Both the position numbers and the translations under genes were made by a program. The notes under the pieces were generated by a model. The model made no database searches and had not been told where the DNA came from. It was given only the letters and a program-made list of their open reading frames with translations. This document shows, one piece after another, positions 9,156-18,002 of a stretch of DNA of 64,000 bases. The stretch is from Bdellovibrionota bacterium FG-1 (GTDB taxonomy: Bacteria; Bdellovibrionota; UBA1018), in contig JBBCAW010000062.1 of NCBI GenBank assembly GCA_051382295.1, positions 1 to 64,000 on the forward strand. The letters are read 5' to 3'. The number at the start of each line of letters is the position of its first letter. The first letter of the stretch is position 1.

Positions 9156-10358
9156 ATGCCCCATTCTCGACCCCGATACGCGTTTTCAGCCTTGGAACGA
9201 AAGCTCAAATTTGCACGCGTGGTGACCCTTCAAGGAGCCAGGCAGTGTGGAAAGAGCTTTCTCGTCAAACATTTTCTGGGACAAACCCATCCGAAAATGG
9301 TGCTCGAGCGCTTTGATTTGGGCGAAACTCGAGCTTTTGCCACTGAAAATCCGGATCTCTTTCTGAGGGAGCGCATGAAAGCAAACCCCTTGGCGATTGA
9401 TGAGGCTCAAAGAGTGCCGGCCATTTTCGATGCGATCAAAGTCCAAGCCGATGAGAACCCCACCCCAGGGCGCTTTGTGCTTCTAGGGTCGACCGAGTTT
9501 TCACATCAGTTTCGAATTCAAGAATCCCTCACGGGCCGCATGAGTCGACTCAGGCTCTTTCCGATGACCTTGGGTGAGTGCCTGGAGCTACCCAACACCA
9601 AGGGGGATTTGCATGGAATTCTCTTTCGATCCCCCCGCGCCCAGGTCGATTCGGTCCTCACCATGCTGGAACGGGGCGGAATGCCCGGGATCTTTGCGGT
9701 TCGCTCGGATGAAGAACGAGAGGGACTCTTTGAAGATTGGGTCAACCTGACCTGCAATCGCGACCTTCATCAAATCCCAGGCCTCAGACTGGATTCAGAT
9801 CTTGCACACGATCTCCTTCGGGCGATCGCCACGATCGAGGAACCCATTGCGATTGAACTCGCTAAAAAATTGCACGTTTCACCCAAGGTGGTTGAAAAAC
9901 ATTTAAAAGCGCTGGAGACGCTTTTTGTGATTCAACATCTCAAGCCCCATGCCGCTGGCACCGGAAAAAATCGCTTTTATCTTTGCGACGTCGGAATTGC
10001 ACACTTTCTAGGCGGACGTCAGCAGCGCTTGCTCGAGACCTGGATTTTTCAAGAACTCAGTGCCAAGCGAGCACTCTTACCCGCTCCCTCCAAACGGCAG
10101 ATCACTTACTATCGCACCTCCAAGGGTTCAACGCTTCCTTTCGTCGTGGAGGATCAAACTCAAGGCGTTACCCTCGCTCTTCAGGCGCGTTATAAAGAAA
10201 AGGTCGACAAACGAGACCTCGCCATTGTTCAAAGCTTCAGACAAGCCCTCGGCCGTGAATCCTCAAAAAATAACTTCCACTCCTATTTGCTGCTGGCTTC
10301 GGCCTCGCGCCAAAAAATCGATGAGACCGAGGTTTTGCCCTGGGGGGCGCTCATTTAG
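9156..10358 (+). CDS. AAA_14/DUF4143-type ATPase
   Basis: GARQCGKS Walker A, IDEAQR Walker B, ESLTGR, GGMP, YLCDVG; start ATG 9156 after AGGAGG; C-terminal nuclease-like motif degenerate. Confidence 0.85.
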   Translation: MPHSRPRYAFSALERKLKFARVVTLQGARQCGKSFLVKHFLGQTHPKMVLERFDLGETRAFATENPDLFLRERMKANPLAIDEAQRVPAIFDAIKVQADENPTPGRFVLLGSTEFSHQFRIQESLTGRMSRLRLFPMTLGECLELPNTKGDLHGILFRSPRAQVDSVLTMLERGGMPGIFAVRSDEEREGLFEDWVNLTCNRDLHQIPGLRLDSDLAHDLLRAIATIEEPIAIELAKKLHVSPKVVEKHLKALETLFVIQHLKPHAAGTGKNRFYLCDVGIAHFLGGRQQRLLETWIFQELSAKRALLPAPSKRQITYYRTSKGSTLPFVVEDQTQGVTLALQARYKEKVDKRDLAIVQSFRQALGRESSKNNFHSYLLLASASRQKIDETEVLPWGALI

Positions 10359-10391
10359 GTACAGGTTACTTCTTGATGCTTGCCGCGTCAT
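10358..10391 (+). repeat. Cassette-boundary element R4
   Basis: GGTA-CAGGTTACTTCTTGATGCTTGCCGCGTCAT; overlaps the TAG of the ATPase. Confidence 0.9.
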
Positions 10392-10446
10392 TTTCGCTCA
10401 TTTGAGCCCTAGAAAAACCCGCCCTTTTGCGCTATGAATTCGCCCC

Positions 10447-13400
10447 ATGCTCTCGAATTCAGCCCCCACTGCCCCGTCCCGGCCACCCGCCCGAGAACCC
10501 GGCCGCAATGACCGCTGCCCCTGCGGAAGCGGGCGCAAATACAAACGTTGCTGCTCAGGCAGAGTGATGTCCCCTACCGCCCATTCATCCTCTGAAAAAA
10601 TGAATCATGGCTTTTGCCTTCCTTCCGAATCCAAACTTCGCGTCTACACCCTCCTCAAACTGAAAGCGGCCTTTTTTGACCGAGACTCTTTTCCATTGGC
10701 CGAAGAAATTCTCTGCGACCTGGAGAGCAAGCAGGGGGTTCAGGCCAAACGCCTCACGACCGGCGAATTGGATTTGTCCTTCACCTATGACGGGATCAGC
10801 GATGACGACTACACTCCGCTGAAGCCGGCACACGTCCGCATTCAGGAGTCAAAACCCTCAGAAGACTTTGTCGCTCGTTGTGATTGCCAAAATGGACGTC
10901 AAGACCGCCTTTGCGGTCATCTCATGGCTTCTTTAATCCTCCTTTGGCGACTTCTCAATCGCGACTACAAAGGAATTAAACACCCACCCCTCGAAGAGTA
11001 TTTGGCTGAAAAGGTCGAACCCCAACTCGACGTGCTCCTGGGGCGTACCCATCGGCCAAATCCAAATGCTGGCATCTCCTTGGCCGCTGTGGTTTTTTGC
11101 CTATCCGATGCCTCCGAGCCTCTCAAACCAAAAGAGGCTTCCATCTCAGGATCCATCCCGCCTATGCGGTCCGGTGACCTTCACTCTCTCATTCAAAGAG
11201 CTCGATTGCCCCTGACTTCGTCAACCCTGTCGCCAGATGATTTTCCTGCCACCTTAAGAAGTCAACTTGAGCACCCCGAATATTCTTACTGGAACAATCC
11301 CCAGACCTTGCTCCGCGAACACCTCCAATACCAGTTTTCAGATGGGACTACACTCACCGCGCTAGAATTGCTCCGTCATCGATTTCTAAAAAAGGTTCCC
11401 AAAGACCTCTTACCTCTTCGCGAAACCTCCGAAGCCCCCATCCCCGGATGGGCCCATCTAATCTTGCCAGAGGCCCTCAGTGCTCGCTACTGGTATGACA
11501 AAGACATGGAGCGCGCCTTCATCGGACTCCTCGCCCGCGCACTGAAAACGAAATCAAAAAGTGCAAATGCTCCTCGGGTCGCCTTCACCTCCAGCGTCCT
11601 CCGCGAACAGAAACGATCCACCCTTGAAATTCAAGCCATCGAATTCGATGCCCCGCCAGCAGAAGGATCCAAATCCCACTGGCAACTCATCCCGAGTCCC
11701 GAAAGTCGCCCCAACGAAGCTCAACTCAAATTTTCCGGAGATTCACAACACTGTTGGACCATCGACGGCAGCACGCTGCGCTTCCTTCCGGGGCCCGCGA
11801 CCGCTTCCGCGCGCCCAAAATCCTCTACTCACATCATCGCCAACCAAGAACAAATCACCGACGAAGTTCAAGCGCTGAACAACTTCTTGACCGCCCGAGA
11901 CCTTCCAGGCGTCACCCTCCCCGAGCCACTGCGACTCAATGCCACTGATCCCTCCGTCGTGCGCCCCGAGATCCGTCTCGATTCGACGGATACTTTTCGG
12001 TTCGCCCTGTTTTTGCCCGCATTCAATACCCGCGTCTGGAACCCTAATCCGGAAGCCCGCAGCTGGATCTATCTCCTCAAGGACGGCATCGGCGCCGCAG
12101 CCCCCGTTGATAAGTCCGAACTTGCACACAATCATCGAGGTTCCAAGCGAGACGCCGATCTCAAATTACTACGCCACTGTGGCTTTGCCTCCTGTTTATT
12201 TTTAGAGACGGCCTCCTACGCTCTCGAAGGAAAGTCATCATCGGGGCAAGAATTTGCCAATCCCAAGGATTTTAAAGCCTGGCTCAAAACCAGACTCACC
12301 ACGCTCGCCCTTGAAATTATCGACAAAACCGAGCCTCTCGAAACCGTCTACTCCCATCGCGTGGTCGAGTTTATCTGGCTGTTGGCCCAGCAAATTCAGG
12401 ATTCACTGACAAAACCCCGCGCTTGGCACTGCCTAGTCGCAGGCAACTGGCTGACCCTCGAACAAGGATCTTTGCCGATCGCCCGTTTCATACTCCAACT
12501 TCTGCGGGGAGCCGCACTCCGCACGGGCGGGCTTTGCTTTACCAAGGCCCGCACCCCCGCGGCTTTTCAAGGTACGACTCAATTTACCCCGATTCTAGTA
12601 GCCCCAGCAGACTCCTCAGAAAATTCCGAAGATCTTTTGATCTCGAAATTTGGAATCGAAGAACCTTTCAAAGTCTGCCTCCCCCTGCTTGCTCATGGCT
12701 ATGACCTCTATTGGAAGGGTAAGCCCTTAGGACTTCTCAATGCTGATGATTTAAAAACGGTGTTTGACCTGACGGGCTCAAAATCACTCGATTGGTTTGA
12801 GCTCAATCCCAAAGTCTTTTTGATGGGCAAGCAAATCAGTCGCGACGCGTTTAGCGAAATCGCTCGTACTGGCATGATGGAATTTCAAGGCCAGCTCTAT
12901 TTGATCCCCGCCGCCAATCTGCCCTCGATGAAGAGACTTTCCAAATTCTGGGAACGCCTAGGCGGAAATGGGAATGCTTTAGGCAATTTTAACGAGGAGT
13001 CCGGTGGTTACCACCGACTGCCCAAAAGCCAAGCGCTCGAATTTCTGGCGCTGGAAAAAGAACTGGGCGCGGAGGTGCTGGGTGAAAACGCGGAATGGAA
13101 AGCGGTTCGCGAATTTTACCACTCACTTGATTTGCCCCGCCCCCCGCTTGAGGTTCCGAAAACGATTTTGGCCGAACTCAAGCCCTATCAGAAACTCGGC
13201 GTGCAATGGCTTTTGGACCTCCATCGCTTGCGCCTCGGGGGCATTTTGGCCGATGACATGGGCTTGGGTAAAACCCTGCAAGCGCTCGCATTTTTAGAGA
13301 TTTTACGCATTCAAAACCGCCTGGGTCCAAGTCTAATAATCGTCCCCACCAGCCTGACCTGGAATTGGAAGAGCGAAGCCGAGCGCTTTACCCCCTCACT

Positions 13401-14634
13401 TCCAATCCGAGTTTTTGATCCCAAGGCCAAGACGGCAATCGAGCAAGACTTGGCCGCAGGCACCCTCAAACTTTTGGTGGTCACCTACGGCTTACTCCTC
13501 GAACATCAAGAATGGTTTGAGAAGCAAACCTCCGGCGATCCGCGCCGCTGGGACGTGGTGCTCCTTGACGAAGCTCAAAACATCAAAAACATTCGCGCCA
13601 AACGGACCGAGGCCGCGCGCAGTCTCAATGCCGCTTACAAATTTTGTATGACGGGCACGCCGCTTGAGAATAATTTGGGTGAGCTTTATTCGCTCATGGA
13701 CCTCGTGGTGCCGGGTTCGCTGGGCGAGCTGACCGGCTTTCGTTCGAAATATGAGGGAATTTCAGACCCTCAAGAAGCGGCGATTGAGTTTGGCTTTCTC
13801 CGGTTACTCCTCAGACCTTTGATGCTCCGGCGAACGAAATCCCAAGTTTTAATGGAATTACCGCCCAAAACTGAAAGTCGGGTGAATCTTCCGCTTGAAG
13901 CCAAACAACGCAAAATCTACCGAGATGTGGCGCTTTCGTGGAATCAACAAGTGCAGGCCTCGATTGAGCAATATGGTGAAGCGCGCAGTCAATTGGTGAT
14001 GCTGACGGCATTACTGCGGCTGCGCCAAGTTTGCTCGGATCCCGCCACGGTGCCGGGGGTGAAATATCCAGGTATTTCGCCCAAAATGGATCTGTTGGCG
14101 GAGTCCCTTCAAGAAATTCTGGAAGCGGGCGAAAGCGTCCTGGTGTTTACACAGTTTGTGGGGACCCTGGAGCGGTTACGGACGCATTTGACCTCGCTTG
14201 GAATCGAAACTCTTTGTATTCACGGCGCCATTTCGCGCGCGGAACGCGAGCGGATTTTGCGGCAGTTTCAAGATCCGCAAGCACCCGCGCAAGTGCTGAT
14301 CATGACGCTTAAAACCGGGGGCGTGGGCCTCAACCTCACGCGCGCAAGTTACGTGTTTCATCTAGAGCCGTGGTGGAATCCTGCCGCTGAAAACCAAGCC
14401 ACAGACCGTGCCCATCGCATTGGACAGGAGCGCCCGGTGCAGGTTTATCGCTATGTGATGCAAGACACGGTGGAAGAAAAGATCGAGCTCCTCAAGGCGC
14501 GCAAGGCTGCGGTCTTCGATGCGGTGATGGTGGAATCGGCGGATGGCGCGGTCGAAGGCACCCCGGGCCTGAGAACGCTCAGTCAGCGGGATTTTGAGGT
14601 GTTGTTGTCCGAAAGGTATCAGGTTACTTCGTGA
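10447..14634 (+). CDS. SEC-C + SWIM zinc finger + SNF2-family helicase
   Basis: GRNDRCPCGSGRKYKRCC; CDC...CGH; LADDMGLGKT, DEAQ, TGTPLEN, QATDRAHRIGQ; stop inside R5. Confidence 0.92.
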   Translation: MLSNSAPTAPSRPPAREPGRNDRCPCGSGRKYKRCCSGRVMSPTAHSSSEKMNHGFCLPSESKLRVYTLLKLKAAFFDRDSFPLAEEILCDLESKQGVQAKRLTTGELDLSFTYDGISDDDYTPLKPAHVRIQESKPSEDFVARCDCQNGRQDRLCGHLMASLILLWRLLNRDYKGIKHPPLEEYLAEKVEPQLDVLLGRTHRPNPNAGISLAAVVFCLSDASEPLKPKEASISGSIPPMRSGDLHSLIQRARLPLTSSTLSPDDFPATLRSQLEHPEYSYWNNPQTLLREHLQYQFSDGTTLTALELLRHRFLKKVPKDLLPLRETSEAPIPGWAHLILPEALSARYWYDKDMERAFIGLLARALKTKSKSANAPRVAFTSSVLREQKRSTLEIQAIEFDAPPAEGSKSHWQLIPSPESRPNEAQLKFSGDSQHCWTIDGSTLRFLPGPATASARPKSSTHIIANQEQITDEVQALNNFLTARDLPGVTLPEPLRLNATDPSVVRPEIRLDSTDTFRFALFLPAFNTRVWNPNPEARSWIYLLKDGIGAAAPVDKSELAHNHRGSKRDADLKLLRHCGFASCLFLETASYALEGKSSSGQEFANPKDFKAWLKTRLTTLALEIIDKTEPLETVYSHRVVEFIWLLAQQIQDSLTKPRAWHCLVAGNWLTLEQGSLPIARFILQLLRGAALRTGGLCFTKARTPAAFQGTTQFTPILVAPADSSENSEDLLISKFGIEEPFKVCLPLLAHGYDLYWKGKPLGLLNADDLKTVFDLTGSKSLDWFELNPKVFLMGKQISRDAFSEIARTGMMEFQGQLYLIPAANLPSMKRLSKFWERLGGNGNALGNFNEESGGYHRLPKSQALEFLALEKELGAEVLGENAEWKAVREFYHSLDLPRPPLEVPKTILAELKPYQKLGVQWLLDLHRLRLGGILADDMGLGKTLQALAFLEILRIQNRLGPSLIIVPTSLTWNWKSEAERFTPSLPIRVFDPKAKTAIEQDLAAGTLKLLVVTYGLLLEHQEWFEKQTSGDPRRWDVVLLDEAQNIKNIRAKRTEAARSLNAAYKFCMTGTPLENNLGELYSLMDLVVPGSLGELTGFRSKYEGISDPQEAAIEFGFLRLLLRPLMLRRTKSQVLMELPPKTESRVNLPLEAKQRKIYRDVALSWNQQVQASIEQYGEARSQLVMLTALLRLRQVCSDPATVPGVKYPGISPKMDLLAESLQEILEAGESVLVFTQFVGTLERLRTHLTSLGIETLCIHGAISRAERERILRQFQDPQAPAQVLIMTLKTGGVGLNLTRASYVFHLEPWWNPAAENQATDRAHRIGQERPVQVYRYVMQDTVEEKIELLKARKAAVFDAVMVESADGAVEGTPGLRTLSQRDFEVLLSERYQVTS

Positions 14635-14649
14635 TGCCCGGCGCGTTAA
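14615..14649 (+). repeat. Cassette-boundary element R5
   Basis: GGTATCAGGTTACTTCGTGATGCCCGGCGCGTTAA. Confidence 0.95.
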
Positions 14650-14893
14650 GAGACCTCAGAACAGCGCATCAAGTGTCACGTCTGAATGAACCAATCGTCC
14701 ATAGTACACGTTTTGCGTTACCCCCCTGGTTGTGACCAACGAATCCAGCCCTAAGGCCGACTGAATCTTACTCACATGCTTGAGGCAAACCCCTTCAAAC
14801 GTAAAACCGGCCTCTTCAAGATATAAACCGCCAAATCATAAATAATAAACACATGATTTGGCGAACTATAGACAACCTATAATCCGCCAAATC
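14650..14893 (-). pseudogene. Miniature triple-deleted copy of the 16349-17961 ATPase cassette
   Basis: Four colinear blocks matching 16349-16441, 16667-16739, 16917-16930 and 17886-17961. Confidence 0.9.
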
Positions 14894-14909
14894 TACAGAG
14901 AATCCAACC

Positions 14910-16265
14910 TCAGTCGCTAGGCCTAAAGACCTGATCCACGGCATACACTGGCCAGCTCTCGAGGTTATAGCGGGCGCGGGCTCGTCCTTTGCCGGTCATC
15001 ATCTCGACATCGATTTGTTGCTTCACAGGAGACGAACTATCAAAACGAATAGCCTGTTTCAATTTTTTTTCATGCATGAATTGGTGCAAGGATCTCAACG
15101 ATCCGGACTTTCCGGCCTTCACCTCGAGCGGCATGACCCGCCCCCCCTCGGACCAAACAAAATCAATTTCAGCGTTTCCGGCGCTCCCGTCTCGCAGCCA
15201 ATAAAACAGTTCCGGAAATGGCCGCGCATGCTGAATCAAATGTTGCGCCACAAACTGCTCAACGATGGCCCCTTTTTGAAGCCATAGCGCATCAGCACCC
15301 TCATTAACATCCTCCCACTTGAGCCCCATCGAAGCGTTCGCTAGCCCCACGTCTAAAAAATAGAGTTTATAAACCTCATCTGACTTTCCTGCGGCCAACG
15401 GCACGCCCGAGCAATCGGAGTGAAAGACGGGCAACACGACTCGCGCTTGGATCAAAAGCTTGATTGCATTTTTTAAATACTTGGACTGCACGTCTGCGGT
15501 GATATTGGAGTACTTGATTTTTTGACCCAATGCTCGAGGTACGTAATCAAAGACACGATCAAGTCGCCCGATCTCAGTCTTTTTGGCGTACTTCGGAAAG
15601 TCGTCCCGATAGGTTTCCAGAATCGATTGCTGCACCCGACGAACCTCCAGCATGGAGCCACTTTCAGAGTAAGCCCGCACGGCCTCAGGCATTCCCCCCA
15701 CAAAGAGGTATTCGCGCCATTTTCGAAGTAAAAGTTCATGTTCCTCTGGAGAAACCGAGCTTGTCCGAATTTCATTCAATCGCTCCCAAAGCTGCTCGCC
15801 TCGGGTAGCCTGCAAAAACTCCCCAAAACTCATGGGCCCCAAGTGAAGATACTCGATACGGCCGACAGGCATGGAAAACTGACCTTCCTCAATCGCAAAT
15901 TCGAGTAAGGACCCGGCGGCAATGACGGGGATCTTCGGGGCCTCCTCGTAAAAGTACCGCAACGCCTCAAGTGCCTGGGGATTACCCTGAATCTCATCGA
16001 GAAACAACAACGACCGCTGAGGTGTAAAGCTCTTACCGACGGTCGATTCGATGTCCCTTAAAATTTGCTGAGGATCGAGGGTTGCGAAGGACTGAAGTAA
16101 CGGCCGCTTTTCGAGATTGATCTCAAGCAGCTCCAGCCCCATCGAGGCGGCAAACTGGCGGACGAGTGTGGATTTGCCGACCTGACGAGCACCCCGCAAA
16201 ACGAGGGGCTTTCGATGAGCGGACTTCCACCAGGAGGCTAATCTGTCTTCAGAAGAACGATACAT
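14910..16265 (-). CDS. AAA_14/DUF4143 ATPase with C-terminal PD-(D/E)XK-like motif
   Basis: GARQVGKS, FLDEIQ, PVGR, GGMPE, EIDFV...PLEVKAG. Confidence 0.9.
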   Translation of the reverse strand: MYRSSEDRLASWWKSAHRKPLVLRGARQVGKSTLVRQFAASMGLELLEINLEKRPLLQSFATLDPQQILRDIESTVGKSFTPQRSLLFLDEIQGNPQALEALRYFYEEAPKIPVIAAGSLLEFAIEEGQFSMPVGRIEYLHLGPMSFGEFLQATRGEQLWERLNEIRTSSVSPEEHELLLRKWREYLFVGGMPEAVRAYSESGSMLEVRRVQQSILETYRDDFPKYAKKTEIGRLDRVFDYVPRALGQKIKYSNITADVQSKYLKNAIKLLIQARVVLPVFHSDCSGVPLAAGKSDEVYKLYFLDVGLANASMGLKWEDVNEGADALWLQKGAIVEQFVAQHLIQHARPFPELFYWLRDGSAGNAEIDFVWSEGGRVMPLEVKAGKSGSLRSLHQFMHEKKLKQAIRFDSSSPVKQQIDVEMMTGKGRARARYNLESWPVYAVDQVFRPSD

Positions 16266-16313
16266 ACCCCTATTTTAGTCTAAATTAGACCAAAAGATAC
16301 CCCTATTTGAGTG

Positions 16314-16348
16314 GGTACCCGCTTACTTCGTGATGCCCGGCGCGTCAA
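16314..16348 (+). repeat. Cassette-boundary element R6
   Basis: GGTACCCGCTTACTTCGTGATGCCCGGCGCGTCAA. Confidence 0.95.
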
Positions 16349-16354
16349 AAAACC

Positions 16355-17836
16355 TCAGAATAGTGCATCCAGTGTCACGTCTGAATGAACCAATCGTCCA
16401 TAGTACACGTTTTGCGCTACCCCCCTGGTTGTAACCAACGAGAGAAAGATCTCTTTGCGCTTTCGCTGGGACTTTCGAAAAACGTCCATTTTTCGCTCGA
16501 GCTCTGCTGCGTAGGACTTGTCGATCACAAACTCATTTTCACTATACTTAAGCTCACAAAGCGTCACCACAGAATCAGCGCGATCAAAAAGTAAATCAAC
16601 CTGCGCACCGGATTCTTTCGATTTTTTTGGCGGCATATATCGCCAGGTTCCGATTTCGCATTCACCCGAATCCAGCCCTAAGGCCGACTGAATCTTACTC
16701 GCATGCTTCAGACAAACCCCTTCAAACGTAAAACCGGCCCAACTCCGCCAAGCTGGCGTTCCGCGCTTTTGCATCCAATACCGGGACGGCGTCCCAGCAA
16801 AGAGTCCCTTGGGCGCCGACGCAATCCATTTTAGATAAAAGTAACAGTATTCATCTATTACCCTGAAAAACATTTCCTTCTTTTTTTTTCCATATGGCAC
16901 GAAACTTGAAATAAATCCGGCCTCTTCAAGTTCCCGAAGCCTTTCGTTAAGCCAACCACCCGAGGTGAGATGCAAGCTCGAATCGATTTTAGCATTTTGA
17001 ATCAGCTCGGTTCTACTAATACCATACCGATGGCGAGCAATTTCCTCAAAGAGACGATATTGCACTCTAGCCTCTGAAAACAGAGAAGAGAATAGCCTTT
17101 GATATTCTTCACGAAGCAGACCATCCCTGGAAAAGCATACCTGATCAATAATTTGAGCCGCAGATTTCCCCCTTTGTGCTTTTTGAAGATAAAAAGGGAC
17201 GCCCCCAAAAGCCATGTACAACTCCAAAACCTGCTCCCGACTCAATTTTACGTTTCGGCTATGAAGGTATTCTTCAGTTTCAGCAAGAGTAAACGGCTGC
17301 AGCTGTATCGTTTGCGTGATTCGGTTATGAAGGCCGCCCTTTGCATGAATCAACTTTTCGATCATCCATGATGCAGCGGATCCACACAGCACGATTTTTA
17401 GCTGAGGCAATAAATTCCATTCGGTGTTCCAAAAATGATCAAGCGCCTGAAGTAAGCCGGATTTTGGCGTAGCCAACCAAGGGAGTTCATCCAAAAACAA
17501 TACAAATCGATCTCGTTTCTTTCCCTTTTTTACCTCATCAGTAAACATTCGAAAAGCGGCGTTCCAATTAGGCACTCGTTGAATCGAAATCCCACCATAA
17601 AAAACTGTCTGAAGCGCCGAAGTAAAGATTTCGAGTTCTTCTTCCATCGTGCCGTCCTTCAGTCCCACGACCTCCATATACCCCCCCTTTCTCTTGAGGG
17701 TTTCTCTAATGAGTTCAGTTTTTCCGATACGGCGACGACCATAAACTGCAACAAGCTCTGCTCGATTGGATGCCCAAGCCTGTTGAAGCAGGGTTTTCTC
17801 AGCCTTCCGACCCACAAAAATCTCTTTTGGCTCCAT
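16355..17836 (-). CDS. ATPase_2 (archaeal-type) ATPase with wHTH and C-terminal nuclease-like domain
   Basis: FVGR..E, YGRRRIGKT, FLDELPW, LCGS, GGVPFYL, QVDLL...LCELKY; start re-set to ATG 17836. Confidence 0.88.
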   Translation of the reverse strand: MEPKEIFVGRKAEKTLLQQAWASNRAELVAVYGRRRIGKTELIRETLKRKGGYMEVVGLKDGTMEEELEIFTSALQTVFYGGISIQRVPNWNAAFRMFTDEVKKGKKRDRFVLFLDELPWLATPKSGLLQALDHFWNTEWNLLPQLKIVLCGSAASWMIEKLIHAKGGLHNRITQTIQLQPFTLAETEEYLHSRNVKLSREQVLELYMAFGGVPFYLQKAQRGKSAAQIIDQVCFSRDGLLREEYQRLFSSLFSEARVQYRLFEEIARHRYGISRTELIQNAKIDSSLHLTSGGWLNERLRELEEAGFISSFVPYGKKKKEMFFRVIDEYCYFYLKWIASAPKGLFAGTPSRYWMQKRGTPAWRSWAGFTFEGVCLKHASKIQSALGLDSGECEIGTWRYMPPKKSKESGAQVDLLFDRADSVVTLCELKYSENEFVIDKSYAAELERKMDVFRKSQRKRKEIFLSLVTTRGVAQNVYYGRLVHSDVTLDALF

Positions 17837-17890
17837 GGTCACACCCCCCTTTAGCCTAACAATACAACGGTATCTCGCAAAACAGAAGAT

Positions 17891-17961
17891 ATAATCCGCC
17901 AAATCTAAAATAATAATCACATGATTTGGCGTACTATAGGCTACCTATAATCCGCCAAATC
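17891..17961. promoter_or_regulatory. Operator-like boxes ATAATCCGCCAAATC x2 plus inverted GATTTGGCG
   Basis: Direct copies at 17891 and 17947, inverted at 17923; conserved in the remnant at 14822-14893. Confidence 0.6.
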
Positions 17962-17967
17962 GATTTG

Positions 17968-18002
17968 GGTACCCGCTTACTTCGTGATGCCCGCCGCGTC
18001 AC
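17968..18002 (+). repeat. Cassette-boundary element R7
   Basis: GGTACCCGCTTACTTCGTGATGCCCGCCGCGTCAC. Confidence 0.95.

Noticed and set aside
5569..18002. R elements as a CRISPR array
   Set aside because: Repeat length and hairpin are CRISPR-like, but the intervals are 1.3-4.2 kb of whole genes and no cas genes are present.
5569..18002. R elements as classical attC or dif/pdif sites
   Set aside because: No RYYYAAC...GTTRRRY ends or long imperfect palindrome, no XerC/XerD 11-6-11 arms, and no integrase in the window.
5569..18002. R elements as intrinsic terminators
   Set aside because: No consistent U-tract on either strand, ORFs run into or through them, and orientation is fixed regardless of gene direction.
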